A stretch of 61,965 bases of DNA, the filler included. It is 12 parts of 12 records of this genome, joined end to end, with 100 filler letters (N's around TTAATTAATTAA, not from the genome) between each part and the next. Parts side by side here need not be neighbours in the genome. Positions count along the whole stretch, not along the records: positions 1 to 11,864 come from SRR15195285_8808; positions 11,965 to 18,168 come from SRR15195285_8810; 10 more parts are not named here. The stretch is one strand, 5' to 3'. The notes under the pieces are model-generated. The model had not been told where the DNA came from, did not search any database, and worked only from the letters and a program-made list of their open reading frames with translations. A program made the position numbers and the translations under genes. Positions 1 through 12,547 of the stretch are shown piece after piece (positions within the stretch are counted from its first letter, which is position 1; every line of letters starts with the position of its first letter).

Positions 1-66
1 TGCAGCGATTCGACGCCACAGAGACCCGAAAAGTGACAGTGCGGATCAACTGGCGTGTGCACTCAC

Positions 67-176
67 GGAAGAGCTGGGCTGCTAGCACTCGTCGGGTGAA
101 CCCCGGTGCTTGAGCTGCAGCTGCAGCAGCAGGCGAAGACTGCTGTCTGGAACGCACGGAGCGTGCTGGGCATCAT
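67..176 (-). CDS. Possible first exon of a gene running off the window start
   Basis: ATG-ATG at 176/173 gives MMPSTLRAFQTAVFACCC (signal-peptide-like), followed by a GTGAGT donor at 66. Confidence 0.3.
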
Positions 177-825
177 TCTCCTGTCGCTCGAGTCCCGCCC
201 GTTCGTCCGTCGTCCGTGGCGCGTCGCGTCCGCGTCGTCGCGAACCGCACACAGACCCACTATCTACGTATCTCGCAGGACTCGCGATCGGCGAGCCGGC
301 GTCCGGCGATGTGCCCGTCCCGACCATGCACGCATGCGTCGAATGCGCGACTCGTTGCGCGTCCCGACCGCCCCCCGGGGGCATGCAGCGTCTTTGCTGT
401 TTGCAGTGCCCAGATTGAAATACCTCACCGCCCGCCAAAGCAGTGCGGGCAAGGCGCAACTGGGCGGGCGGCCTTCGAGTCGGTGCCCGGGTGAGCAACA
501 CGCAAATCGTGAACATGCGATGGACAAGAGTGCAAGACCCACCGGCGGCCGGCAGGTCGCGGAGCGCGATATGTACCTGCCTACCGCCCTTCTGACTTTC
601 GGTTCAATTTTTGTGCAGTCTGTATTGGAAAATGGTGCTATTCTGTAGCACGTGGGACCGCGCGGGTGTGTGTGCGAGGGCGAGGGGCGAGGGGGCAGGG
701 GAGGGGGGTCCGTGAAGAGGACGGAGACGGCGCTCCGGCGAGTCGCTGCGGCGGCGGCTGGCTGTCGTCAGTCGTCGTTGAGGGGGCGGCTGCACCGTTC
801 CCACGTGGGGGTCCAGACTCGGGCG

Positions 826-2133
826 ATGTTTGGTGGGGGTGGTGCGGCTGGCCCGTGTGATGGTGCCTCGGCCCCCGGGCGCGACTGGTTCTCCAACCTG
901 TTTCAGTTCAGCGAGCGGAAAGACAACCGCGTCGTGCGGTCGGAGCTTACGGACTTGCACAAGTTCCTGGAGGTCGAGGAGCAGCCAGATGGCCTGGTGC
1001 TGAGGAGCAAGATTTCCGGCCACGGGTACGCTATCGGCCGTTTTGACTGCCCGAGCCTCGCACAGTTACGGGCCGATCCCGTTGTGGCAGTGGCAAAGGC
1101 GCGCGGCGGCAAGCTGCGGCTGTCTATTCAGCGCGGTGACGTAGCAGAGATTCACGCTGATCCAAGCAACGCCACGGCCACCTTTCAGGCGGCGTCGCAG
1201 TTCAACTGTCTAGAGTTCGTTGGGCCAGCAGTGGTCCCTGAGGATGGCGTGACGGGGTATTCCAGTGACCGAACACAGGGCCCGGCCTGCTCCATCGCAT
1301 GCGGCCCAGCGACCGTATACCGCAACTACTTCGTGCGAAACAATGGTCTGCCAGAGGGTCAGGTCGGCCAGACGGCCGCGGCCATGATAGACAACCTGGA
1401 TGATCTCAACCGTGCGCTTGGGAATGAGGATGGCCGCATGATGAAAGTGCAAGGCGGCTACACACTCGCGAGCGACGCTGGCCTCGACGCCCTGCGCGGT
1501 GTGATAGAGACTCAAGATAGAGAGCATCTCAAGGGTCTGCTAAAGGTTGGCGTGCACTCTGACGTCGAGGTGACCGCAAGTGGCTGGGGGACGCGACCGG
1601 TTGGACGCGCGAGCTTCGACGACCCACCGGGCCCGGGACACAGAGTGACTCAGGTCTTCGCCTCTGCGTGCTCAGTCAACTACTCTAGGAATCGCCCTCA
1701 GCTCTGGCAGCCGTTTGCGCAGCTCGTGCTAGAAGCAACCTACGAGGCGACGCTGATGGCTGCCGCGAAGGAGGCCGAGAAACATCGTTACAAAGGAGCA
1801 TCGGCCATTGTCTATCTGACGCTTGTTGGAGGCGGTGCGTCGAATCTCTTGCCTTGCGCGTATTCGTTGCTGCAGATACCGGACACGCACCAGCGCCCTG
1901 CAGTGCCGCTGAGCTCGATTTGGATGCAATGCAAGCTTAAACTGACGGAAAGTTTTGCGAATGGTGCAGGAGTTTTCGGTAATGAGATGCAGTGGATCAC
2001 CGAATCGATCTACAAAGCCTGCCTTGCTATGCAGGGCTGCCCTCTAGATGTACGAATCGTGAACTACGGCGATTACGTCGACCCGGCCCTGCAGGTGCTT
2101 GAAAGAGAGGTGGATATGCTGTCAAGTATGTGA
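826..2133 (+). CDS. Conserved uncharacterised 'ASQFNxLE' family protein, putative macrodomain/PARG-like ADP-ribose hydrolase; intron 1835-1969; true start may be upstream
   Basis: Motifs FQAASQFNCLE and DRTQGPACSIACGPATVYRNY. Removing the 135-nt GTGCGT...CTGAC...CAG intron restores YLTLVGGGVFGN, a macrodomain-like glycine loop. Confidence 0.6.
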   Translation: MFGGGGAAGPCDGASAPGRDWFSNLFQFSERKDNRVVRSELTDLHKFLEVEEQPDGLVLRSKISGHGYAIGRFDCPSLAQLRADPVVAVAKARGGKLRLSIQRGDVAEIHADPSNATATFQAASQFNCLEFVGPAVVPEDGVTGYSSDRTQGPACSIACGPATVYRNYFVRNNGLPEGQVGQTAAAMIDNLDDLNRALGNEDGRMMKVQGGYTLASDAGLDALRGVIETQDREHLKGLLKVGVHSDVEVTASGWGTRPVGRASFDDPPGPGHRVTQVFASACSVNYSRNRPQLWQPFAQLVLEATYEATLMAAAKEAEKHRYKGASAIVYLTLVGGGASNLLPCAYSLLQIPDTHQRPAVPLSSIWMQCKLKLTESFANGAGVFGNEMQWITESIYKACLAMQGCPLDVRIVNYGDYVDPALQVLEREVDMLSSM

Positions 2134-2321
2134 TGAACTAGATTTCACTACTGTGCGCGCCCAAGTCAGCTCGCGTGACCAGCCATTTGTGCGCACATCT
2201 ACAGCACCACATCGCCCGAGCCTCCTGGCACAAGCGTTCATTTGGACACGTAGCCGCATTCACGCTAAGCATCACTGCAGGAGGAGTCAATGCCCGCTGT
2301 ACAGTAAGCGATCAAACGCAT

Positions 2322-4050
2322 TTAGTGCGGCGACGTGCGGATGAGGAAGTTGCCCGCCTTAGTAATCGATCGCACGCCTTTGTACGGCTTCGGCACCGTG
2401 TTGACAATCGTCAGCCCATCAATCTTGACACCGCTGGCAGAGAACCCGGGGACACGAAATTTTGCTTGCACAGTTGGATACGAAGGCGACACTCCGAGTT
2501 TGGCTTGCAAGGAGCCGGAGAGGTGCGGCGTCTTGTTTGGCGGGATCTTGCCAATTCTCCATGTCAGTTGTCGCTTGCCTTCATCCTGGAATGCAACCAG
2601 ACCACCCCGGCAGTCGGCATTCAGGCGCTGCCATGCAACTCAAGCACACACGGTCTGCTTTGTAATGGCATGGCATTGTCATGTCTCACCCAGGTTGTAG
2701 CTCCCAAGCTCACAGTCATCTTCCCGACAGTAATGGATGGGTCAAACGGCACCACAACGAGCACGTCCTCAGGTGGCTTCGGGAGCGTCCCTTTCGGCCC
2801 CTGATGATTGGCACACGCGCAATTGTGTCATTGCCTAGTAGTCGCAGACAGCGCAACTAACACATCGAACGAGAAGTCCAGCGCGCGAGCGGTGTACTCA
2901 TTCGAGCAAAGGCAAGGAGGAAAAAAGAACGAGCGACCACACTGACCACCATAATATCAATATGGCCGGATGCTCCGTTGAAGGAGACTGATGGCTTGAC
3001 ATAAATGGGTAAGTTCAGCCCACAGTCTCTGCAGCAAAGGCCAGAATGTCGCTTTTCAGAGCAAGCACAGTCCGCACACTCCGCACACTACCTGGTACGC
3101 ATGCATCGGGAAAAAGTCACTGGGATCACGCCAGGCAGTTACGCACCGCCCGACAAAGCTGAGCAGTTTGAATTTGCCATCTGGCGGGATGAACGACAGC
3201 TGCTGGTCTGTTTCGAAGCGCTGGTACCGCACACACGGATGGAAGGCACAGTCGTCGAGCTTGTAAGGGTCATCAAACGTCAACGTGCAGTCAGGCATGC
3301 CGGTGAGCCGGCAGTTGCAGTTTATCGTGCCGTTCACGTCGCATGTGATCGCAAATCCGTTGCTGCGACCATATACAGGCAGCTCAACAAGTCAGGCTGG
3401 GCATCAGCACGCGACGCGGCGCAGCTCTACCAATGTGCGGCGGTGTTAGGCGCTCACCAGTCCATCGTGCCATCGATCTCCTCTATGATGTCAAAGAACA
3501 GCTCGTTATTGGAGTACTTGACCCCAGCCTTGCGCCACGGCACATCGGACATTGCGCCACCGGGTAATTCACCAGTGGATTTGCTGGCGCCTTGGCCAGA
3601 GACGGAGATGGCGTCTGCGATGCGGGTCGCGGTGGACTTGGGCTTGACCATCTCCTGCAGGATGTTGAGCTCGGTGATCAGCGGGTAGCCGTTGTCGAGC
3701 ATCTCGTCTAGGACCGAGTAAACAGTCACGAAGTTTTCCTTCATCACGACCTCGTTGACTGGCCCCCCGAAGTAGTCATAGAGCACCTCCACGGTCCGCT
3801 GCAGGAACTCGATCACCATCATGGGCGGCGCCTCTCGATCCAGCGCTGCCAAGAAGAAAAGCTTGTACCGGAAAATGTGGATCAGGTAGCAGTCGGGAGT
3901 GGCAATGACGGGGCAGGTATCCTCCGGCCGGGCCTCCTTGCGCACATGGTCGAAGAACGTCTCACAGACCGCGCGCGGGTGGCGGCGGCGCGAGTGCTTC
4001 TCAATCAGCACATCGCCTTCCTCAGTCATCACGAACAGCGAGTCGATCAT
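2322..4050 (-). CDS. AP3M: AP-3 adaptor complex mu subunit (4 exons)
   Basis: MIDSLFVM..GDVLIEKH, ENFVTVYSVLDEMLDNGYP, VPWRKAGVKYSNNELFFD, FHPCVRY..LSFIPPDGKF, LPIYVKP, SGVKIDGL..KPYKGVRSITKAG. Introns at 3363-3457, ~3029-3146 and ~2802-2946. Confidence 0.92.
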
Positions 4051-4107
4051 CGCTCTCCGGAGAGGAGGTGGCCACCGCACTGCACCACGCACCAGCCCCA
4101 CCGCCGG

Positions 4108-4191
4108 CTCAGCAGCCTCACATCTGCAGCCCACGCCTCCAGCAGCAGCAGCAGCGCCCGCAGCAGCAGCAGCGCCAGCAGCAGTAGCAGC
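4108..4191. repeat. Imperfect (GCA)n microsatellite upstream of the AP3M start
   Basis: agcagcagcagcagcgcccgcagcagcagcagcgccagcagcagtagcagc read directly. Confidence 0.7.
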
Positions 4192-4941
4192 CCCCGGCCG
4201 CCCACGATCGTGCGTGTGGCGCACCGCCACCGGCCGAGCGAGGGACACAATCGACATATACCATTCGGCATGGTATATTCGATATATATGGACACAACCC
4301 CTCAATTGCAACCGCGGGACCAGAATCAAGAATCACACAGTAGGATCCTAGGATTCCTAGTTCATACTAGCTAGGAAGTTCCTACTGTACAATTGTAGCG
4401 TTGATCATAGTACTGTACGAAGATACGATACCCGGGAGGGATCCAAACAGAAACACAAAACAGTCCGGCGCCTGCATCGTGCAAATACGTCGTTCGTGCG
4501 CATTGACTTCCATGAAATGTCGCACAGTACAGTACGAGTACCACTCTAGCTCTAGGTCTAGCGGAGAGTACAGTATTCGAATACATGTCTCGTCATCACG
4601 GATGCGTGTGACATCAGACATGCTCAGATGATCCGAAAAATGCATTTGGCAGCGGCAGCTTGGATTCGTGAAGAACCTTCTGATATACAATATACCACGG
4701 ATCAGCGGAACTGTACCGCGGGCCTTAAAGTTCCTATTCGTCGTGTGGTGCCGGCACGTGTACACACGACGAGGGTGTCGGGCTAGTCTACGTCAGGCAA
4801 ACCAGGATATGGTACAGTGAGACAGCTTCAAAAGTTGTTTTGATTGTGTTTCTGCGAGTGTCGCGTGCTGGCTCCGCGGGCTTTCCTGAGGCCTACTGGA
4901 ACACGTTCGAAGGTTGCGTTCCCCGATGCATTTGCCCGTAG

Positions 4942-7900
4942 TTAGTGGCCCCCACCACCGGACGATCGATACGCAGCGGTATAGATGTACGCGATGTCTG
5001 CGTCCGTAATACCCTACACGGTGGCAGCATGACATGTTCAATCAGGCAGATAGATATCGTGGCGACCTCGTCAAGCAAAAGCAACACATGCAACAGGAAC
5101 GCTAGCTAGAAGAGAGCGTACATTAGCTGGTGAGTCTGCCGAGAACAGCATGACTTCATCAATGTCGCCACGGAATTGCGAGTTGGCATCTGGTTGGCAC
5201 TCGCCAGAAGCATCGTCGACGCGGAAGCAGGTTGTTCGCGCGCCGATCCGCAGATTATCCGGTACCTTGTTCAGGACCATCCGAGCAGCTGGGTCGCCCG
5301 GGCAGGAGCCTGTCTCAGCAAGCATGCCGTTGACGTAGTGCTTCTCGTTGGTGCCGTCGTATTGAACGCCGACATGAGACCACTCGTGCAGGGGCATACG
5401 GATATGTCCCCACCAACGCCAGCAGCCGAAACTACCTTCGTTGTTCGTCCACACGCCGGTGGCTGGATCTTCCGCCCCACCAGAGAACACGCCAGATTGG
5501 AAAGCACCTTGTAGGTTGCCGGTTTGGTCCTGAAGACCCATCTCGTAGCTGCCTTCCTTGTTCATGATAATGCCGCGATCGGCGTCAACATCATAGTTAA
5601 TTGGCCGGATCCATGCAATCATCGTGACGAAGTCGGCCTCCAGAGCACCATTCGCGTCGGTCACTTCCAGGCGGTCATTGCCAACGAAACGGAACGCCTC
5701 ACCGAAAAGACCTGAGACAAACTGCGCATTCACAGCAGTGAGATGCGACTCACTGCCGCTCATGTCCTGGCCAAACTGAGTCACCTGATCAGGGTGAGAC
5801 AGGTCTTGACCATCGCCATCCAGTGGCCAGAACCCGACGAGCACCTTGCCAGATGCTCCTGCGCCCGTAGACCGTTTCAAGGCGTCGACATCAGCCACAC
5901 CGTGCGTCGGCAGTGGATCAGCTCCCGTGCGGTATGCACCCTGGTGAATGTCGGATATTTGCCTTGCTGTCAGAGCTTCAGAAAACAGCATCGCCTCGTC
6001 GATATCGCCAACAAACTGACTCCACGAGCCGGCCTGCGAAACAAAGTTGTCGGCAACGCAGTCCGGGGCACCAGATGCGCCACCGCAGTGCGAGCAGCTG
6101 CTGCAGTCAGCGCGCGCGCCAATCCGCAGCTGCTCGTATGATGCAGCGATGGTGCCAGGGCAGGAGTCGCGCTCCATCTCAATCCCATTTATCCAATGAA
6201 TCTCATCGGTGCCATCGAACGAGACTGCTGTCTGCGTCCAATCGTACAGGCCAAGCTTGACATTGCCCCACCAGCGCCAGCAGCCCGTATCCTTAGCTCC
6301 TTGCATAGCGCCGGTGTTCGACTCCACCCCATACTCGAAGGAGCCCTCTTTGGACATGATTATCCCTCGATCAGCGCAGACTTCGTACTGTGCAGGGCGC
6401 ACGTAGGACATCATGGTAACACCGTTTGTGATGACGGACATAGCATTGGTCGGATCGGTGATGACGAACCCATCGCCGCCGTCGAAGTTCAAAGCAAGAT
6501 TGTACTTGCCAGCCACCCACAGAGGAGCCGGGTCCTGGCCTGTCAGGCCGTGCGGGCCGAGGTCCGTGCCGTCATGGTCCAGCGGCCAGAAGCCTACCAA
6601 CGAGCTTGGTAGTGCACCTACGTTCGGAGTGCCCGGAAGGCGAAGCACGGGCGCGCTACCGTGTCTGGAACGATATTGTAGATTGTAGATGTAATCAACT
6701 TGCTCGGCGGTGATCGCGGTGTTGAATAGCATGGCCTCGTCGATATCGCCCCGCCAGTCGGAGTGGCCGTGCACGCTGTTGACGGTAGACTGCTGTCCAC
6801 CAGTGTAGCGGTTCTGGTCGCGCTGTCCAATGTAAAAGTGATGATCGTTCACACTCAAATCACCACCACCGTTTCTGTCACACGCAGTCTGCTCCACCTG
6901 CACACCTGATACGTAGTGGTACTCTGTGCTACCGTCAAAAGATACTGCTGTGTGGACCCACTCGTGGGCTGGAATGACGATATTGCCCCACCAGCGCCAG
7001 CAGCCACCGTTTGCGTTGTACTGACCCCGATCACCCTGCGTACCAAAAGCGCCCTGCAATGCTCCGTTGCTCGTCTTGACACCGTATTCGTACACATTCT
7101 CTTTGTTCATGATGATTCCATGGTCAGCTTCAAACGTAGCAGCGCCGCCAGTGACCGCGCCGCCCGCCTCTGCCTTGACCCAGGCCGCCATAGTGACTTG
7201 ATTGATCTCCTGTGTCGCCATCACGTCCGCCTGGACCACGATTCCATCAGTTCCGTCGAAGGCAATGGCCAGACCGTACGCGCCTGTCACCCACTGTGGG
7301 TTGGACACAACGCCGTCCAAGCCGTTGCCAGTCGCGTCTGTTGCATCGCCATCCAGCGGCCAGAAGCCCACGAGGGACGGAAGCTCACGAAGCAACTTCG
7401 CCCTGACAGCTGTGTAGGAGTGAGAGTCTGCTGTTGCTGAGGCGCCGTTGCCGTGAAGGCTGTGAGTGTGCTGGACGTTGCGGCCAGTCGCCGCCCCGGT
7501 GCTGCGGTAATGTCCTCTGTAAATGCCGTGGAGCTCACTCTCGCCAAGCGCTCTGTTGAAAACCATGGCCTCATCAATGTCACCGACGAAGTTGCTGTGG
7601 CCCAGATTCCTGCCCGCCGTAGTCTCGCGGTGCCCAATGCGGAAGTCAGCCTGGTTGTTTGGAGTCAGGTCACCTCCAGCACCGCAAGCGGTTGCTTCGA
7701 CCTGGCGAGAAGAGATGAAGTGCGCTTCGTTCGTGCCGTCGTAGGAGACGGCCACATGCGACCACTCGTGCAGAGGGATTCGAATCTCTCCCCACCAGCG
7801 CCAGCAAGGAGAGAATGCTCCCTGCAGAGCACCTGTGTTGTCCGCAAGGCCGAACTCATAGCTGCTCTCCTTGTTCATGATGATGCCACGGTCCGCGCCG

Positions 7901-10900
7901 TAAGCAATGTCATAGGCTTGTGGACGAATCCAGGCAAGCATTGTGGCCGTCGTCAGATCAAGATTCCATTCGCCAGCGGTTGCCTTGTTGCACCGAGTGA
8001 CGCGCAGTGCATCATCGCCATCAAAACGGAACGCCAGGCCAAACAGACCTTTGACCCATTCCTCGTTGTTGGGCTGCGCGTTGTTGCCTGCAGCAAGGTC
8101 CTGGCCGTCACCATCGAGCGGCCAAAAGCCCACGCAACCACCTGGCAGCTGGGCCGGGTTAGGCTCGCCCGCAGCATATACATTTGTCATGCCTCCGCCG
8201 GTTCTGTAGTTGACGTTCTTCAGATTGGTGATTTCTTGGGCGCTGAGAGGACGATTGAACAGCATCGCTTCGTCAACGTCGCCTTGAAATTGACTGGAGT
8301 GGTCGCAGTTCTCTGCACCACCACAAAACGATTCGATGCCACTGCGGGCTCCGATACGAAGAGGCTGCGCGGTATTGGTGATGTCGCCTCCATCTCCGCA
8401 CGGGTCTGTCTCCTGGTTGATGCCGTGTACGTAGTGAATCTCAGAGACACCGTCGTATGCCATTGCAACATGGGTCCACTCGTGAATGGGGATACGCACA
8501 GAGCCGAACCAGCGCCAGCACGGAGAGAAAGCGCCCTGCAGAGCACCCGTGTTGTCCTGAAGGCCCATTTCGTAGCTGCCCTCCTTGTTCATGATGATGC
8601 CTCTGTCGGCATCCTCGGCCAAGTTGTACTCAACTGGTCGAATCCACGCGGACATGGTAGCCCTAGTCAGGTCGAGCTGTGGCACGTAGTTGACAACCAT
8701 GGCGTCATCACCATCGAATCGGAATGCCAAATCATATAGGCCTGCAACCCAGTCTGGGTTCGTGGGAGTACCTCCGAGGTTGTTGCCACTGGCGTCGTCA
8801 CCATCGCCGTCAAGTTGCCAGAAGCCGACAACGCCGGGTGGAAGCATCGCAGCGTTGACAGTGGATGGCGCCCGAATGAACGTAATGCCCTCACCCCCAG
8901 ATGTTGCATCATATGCGCGGTGGTAAATTGAGTAAATCTCGGCCTGGGAGATCGAATCGCTGAAAAGCATCCCCTCGTCGATGTCGCCACGGAACTGGGA
9001 GAAGTCAGCGCCGACTTCGTCGCAGCTCCCGTCCACCTGCCAGCCAGCACTGTCGTCGTGGCACATGCCGCGTGCGCCCAATTTCAGCCCACGAAAGCCC
9101 TGGTCTGCAGGTGTGGGGACCAGATCGCCACCGGGGCACGGGTCATCCTCAACATGCTCACCTGAGATGTAGTGGCTCTCTGTCTGACCGTCGTAGCTCA
9201 CGGCCACATGAGTCCATTCGTGCCCTGGGATTCGAATCGTGCCCCACCAGCGCCAGCACCCACTGTTAAACGCTCCTTGCAGAGCTCCGGTCTGATCCTC
9301 AATACCAAACTCGTACGAACTCTCCTTGTTCATGATGATACCGCGATCACCTGACACGTCGTAGTGAACAGGACGTATCCACGCCATCATGGTGACCTTG
9401 GATAATTCCAGAATCGGATTCTCAGGAACACGGAGCTCGTCATCTCCATCGAAACGGAATGCCTGGTTGTACATGCCCGCAACCCACTCGCCATTGGATG
9501 GCGTTGCGTCGAGGCCCTGGCCTGACAAATCGCTGCCATCGCCATCAAGCGCCCAGTATCCGATCAAGCTTGATGGTAGTGAAGCCTGCGTTGTGCAACT
9601 GCGGCCCGCTGTGCACCACGCTTGCGTGCTACCACTGTGGCGCCGGATGACAATATCATCGAGATACGTCGTTTCACAGAACTGCTGGAAGCCCTCGAAC
9701 ATGAAACGAACCTGCGAGATCGGCTCGTTCTCGTCGCCATGGACGTGGGTGTCGGTGATTGGAAAGATGTACTCGACTAGATGCCAGTGATCTGGGTCGA
9801 TGACAGTCTGTGTGTGTACGCCCTCGCCGCCGTTGTACCCACTGTCCGAAGTGGCAGACCACACGTGGTTGCCTGCAAAGCCATCCGCGAAGCCTTGCCA
9901 CGCGTTGCCCTTGGTCCTGAATGAGACCGAGCATGGAAACTGTGGCGTACACATGAAAGTATCGATGCTGAAGGCATCGCCGCCGCTTCCGCATCCTTGA
10001 ATCGAGAGCACACGACCCTGGTCAGGGTCCGTTGCAAGCACAGCTGTCTGCGGAGCATTCGGCGGCCCGCCTTGACCCACCCAGCCGCGCGGGGCCATGC
10101 CATCTGGAATCGAACCGTCTTCGAAGTTGGTGCTGAACAGGATATCGATGTTGGCGTTCGCACGTCGATTGATGCCCGCAGCGGCTTCGTCCGACCCGGA
10201 GAAGCGGGTGACCACAATATCATCCACGTAAGTCGCCACACAGTCTGCGTCAAACCCTTCAAACATAATGTGCACGTTCGAAATACCTGCGGTGTTGTCC
10301 CCGTGGATGAAAGTGTCAGTATCCACGGGGAACACGTAGTCCACATGGTGCCAGTTTCCGGTGTCGTGGACTGTCTGGACATGGACTCCGACGCCCCCGT
10401 TGTAGTCGGGAGTCGGCGTTGCAGTCCAAATGTGATTGTCAGGGTATCCAGACGAGAAGCCTTGCCACGCACGGCCCTTGATGTAATACGAAACGCGGCA
10501 CTTGTTCGTCGGGCTACATTCGAACGTCTGGGTCGAGAAGGCGTCGCCACCACTCGCACAATCGTTCATCGTGAGCACCATGCCGTGATCACCACCTGGG
10601 TCCTCCATGACGAGCGCCGACTCCGGCCTTGTGTGCTCGCCCTGGCCATGCCAGCCTCCGCTCCCGGACTCGAAGTCGTCCGCAAACAGAACTTCGTTCG
10701 GCTGGTACGCCGCATTGATCGCGGCGGCCTGCTCCGGCGAACCAGTGTAGCGCCGGATCACGATGTCATCGAAAGCAGTCGCCGAGCAGTCGAAATCGAA
10801 GCCCTCAAGCATAAAGTGCGTATTGGTGATAGGGACGGTGTAATCGTTCTCCTGGTAGTTCGCGGTGCCGGTCGGGAAGACGTACTCCACGTCGTGCCAG

Positions 10901-11588
10901 CTTCCAGTATCGTGTGCGGTCTGGACGTGCTGGCTCTCGCCGCTGGTGCCGCCACGCCAGTCGGTAGGCGTCGCCGTCCAGATGTGGTTATCGGGGAATG
11001 CGGAGCTGAAGCCCTGCCAGCCGCGGCCTTTCATCCGGTACGAAACGAGGCATGGAGACGCCGCGGAGCACTCGAAGGCGTCCACAGAGTAGGCGTCACC
11101 CCCCCCCCTATGCAGTCGTGGATCTGAAGGACGTGGCCACCGTCCGGGTCGGAGTCAAGGGTGGCGGTCGCTGGGGTGGCACCGGACGGCCCCCGCCACT
11201 TGCCAAAGCCGCCTTCGAAGTCGTCCTGGAACAGGATATCCGACGCATCCTGGCTCGCCGGGTGGCACAGGCTCTGGAATTGCACGTACTCGGCGTGATT
11301 GGCATCGGTGACGATCATCGCCTGGCAGCGCGAATAGAAGCTCTCAAAGACCGGCTGGCACTCCGCAGAGCACTGGCTCGGCACGGGTCCTTGGCAGAAC
11401 TCAAAGTTGGACCCACAGCAGTGCTGGCTGATCGGCTGCATCTCGGCCATCATGCTGTTGCACGCGCCTGCGGCCTGCAGCCGCCGCGCCCCGACCGTGC
11501 TGTTGGCGCCCGCGACCGGCTGCCACGCCTGAGGCAGCGCGCTCGCATCAGCGAGAAGTGCCGCGGACACCATCGCGCGCACAAGCAT
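4942..11588 (-). CDS. Large secreted protein: signal peptide, Cys-rich domain, 3 CBM-like repeats and 6 LamG/concanavalin-A-like repeats; frameshift in G10 tract at 11099-11108; last intron 5014-5121
   Basis: MLVRAMVSAALLADASA signal, then RRLQ. Three LFxDDFE..GGDAFS..WQGF..FEGFD repeats. Six GxWxLDGDG..TMxAWIRP..WxHVAVSYDG..FxGDIDEAMLF repeats. Spliced last exon GITDADIAYIYTAAYRSSGGGGH* completes repeat 6. Confidence 0.85.
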
Positions 11589-11864
11589 GGCCACCTGCGC
11601 CAGCACCAACAGCACGGTGAGCGCGGCAGAGCGCAAGCGACCCACAGTGGAACTGTCCGAAACCGCCAGCGGAGCACGGCGAGCGCAGCACACCGCACGC
11701 GCCCCACCCTGCAATTGTCCGACACTGCCAGCGAAGCACGGGAACGACGGCGGAAGATGGCGCCAAAAAACCAACGCTTCCCCACACCAATCCCCTCACC
11801 TCCTCCCCACCCTTTCTCGTGTGTTCTCCATCCCCTAATCTCCCCCCAAACAGTACCCCACCCC

Positions 11865-11964
11865 NNNNNNNNNNNNNNNNNNNNNNNNNNNNNNNNNNNN
11901 NNNNNNNNTTAATTAATTAANNNNNNNNNNNNNNNNNNNNNNNNNNNNNNNNNNNNNNNNNNNN
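11865..11964. other. Artificial contig-joining spacer
   Basis: N44-TTAATTAATTAA-N44, with stops in all six frames. Confidence 0.98.
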
Positions 11965-12547
11965 GGGGGGGGGGGGGGGGGGGGGGGGAGTGTGTCTGTG
12001 GGTCACTGCGCTGCAAGATTGGCGAAATCAATGGATCGAAATCCCGGGATCTGTAGCCACCACATTTCAGCACATTTGTTCGCACAATTGCAACTCATTG
12101 GAGCAGATGATGCAACATCTGCTGTGCCAGATGACTCAGGATCCTCATTCGTTCACCTGACGGTGATCATCCAGTTGGTGCCCTGTACAGGGCACCAAAC
12201 GAAGAACCCGCGCGATTCTACCCTGAACCCGATGATATGAATGCAGTAGGAAGTACTGTGAATATGAATGGTATTCATACATGCACTGCGTGATAGTACC
12301 GGTACTATCGATTTGATTCATCATGAGCGTCATTATTGGTATACAGTATGATGCATAATCGATATAAAGCGGGAGCCTCTGCTGGGCCGCGCGCGTGCCC
12401 GCTCTCTCGCGAGGATCGATGCGGGGTAGAATGCTCGTTGCGAAGAGGAGTTGCAACCAGCATTCGAGGAGGAGCGCGGAGCAGCGGCAGAGCTCGGCAG
12501 CGAGCAGGTGACCTGCTTCTAGACGCTGGACGAGGTCATCTCAATCA

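Noticed and set aside
4051-4329. Poly-Ala N-terminal extension of AP3M in the ORF track
   Set aside because: Homology begins at MIDSLF (ATG 4050); the upstream part is a GCA microsatellite or UTR
5150-11127. Many long plus-strand ORFs (e.g. 7453-8739, 9997-11127)
   Set aside because: Antisense shadows of the GC-rich LamG gene, with no recognisable motifs
11965-11988. G24 run as a G-quadruplex or telomere
   Set aside because: It sits at a contig edge and is typical of a homopolymer or sequencing artefact; there is no telomeric unit
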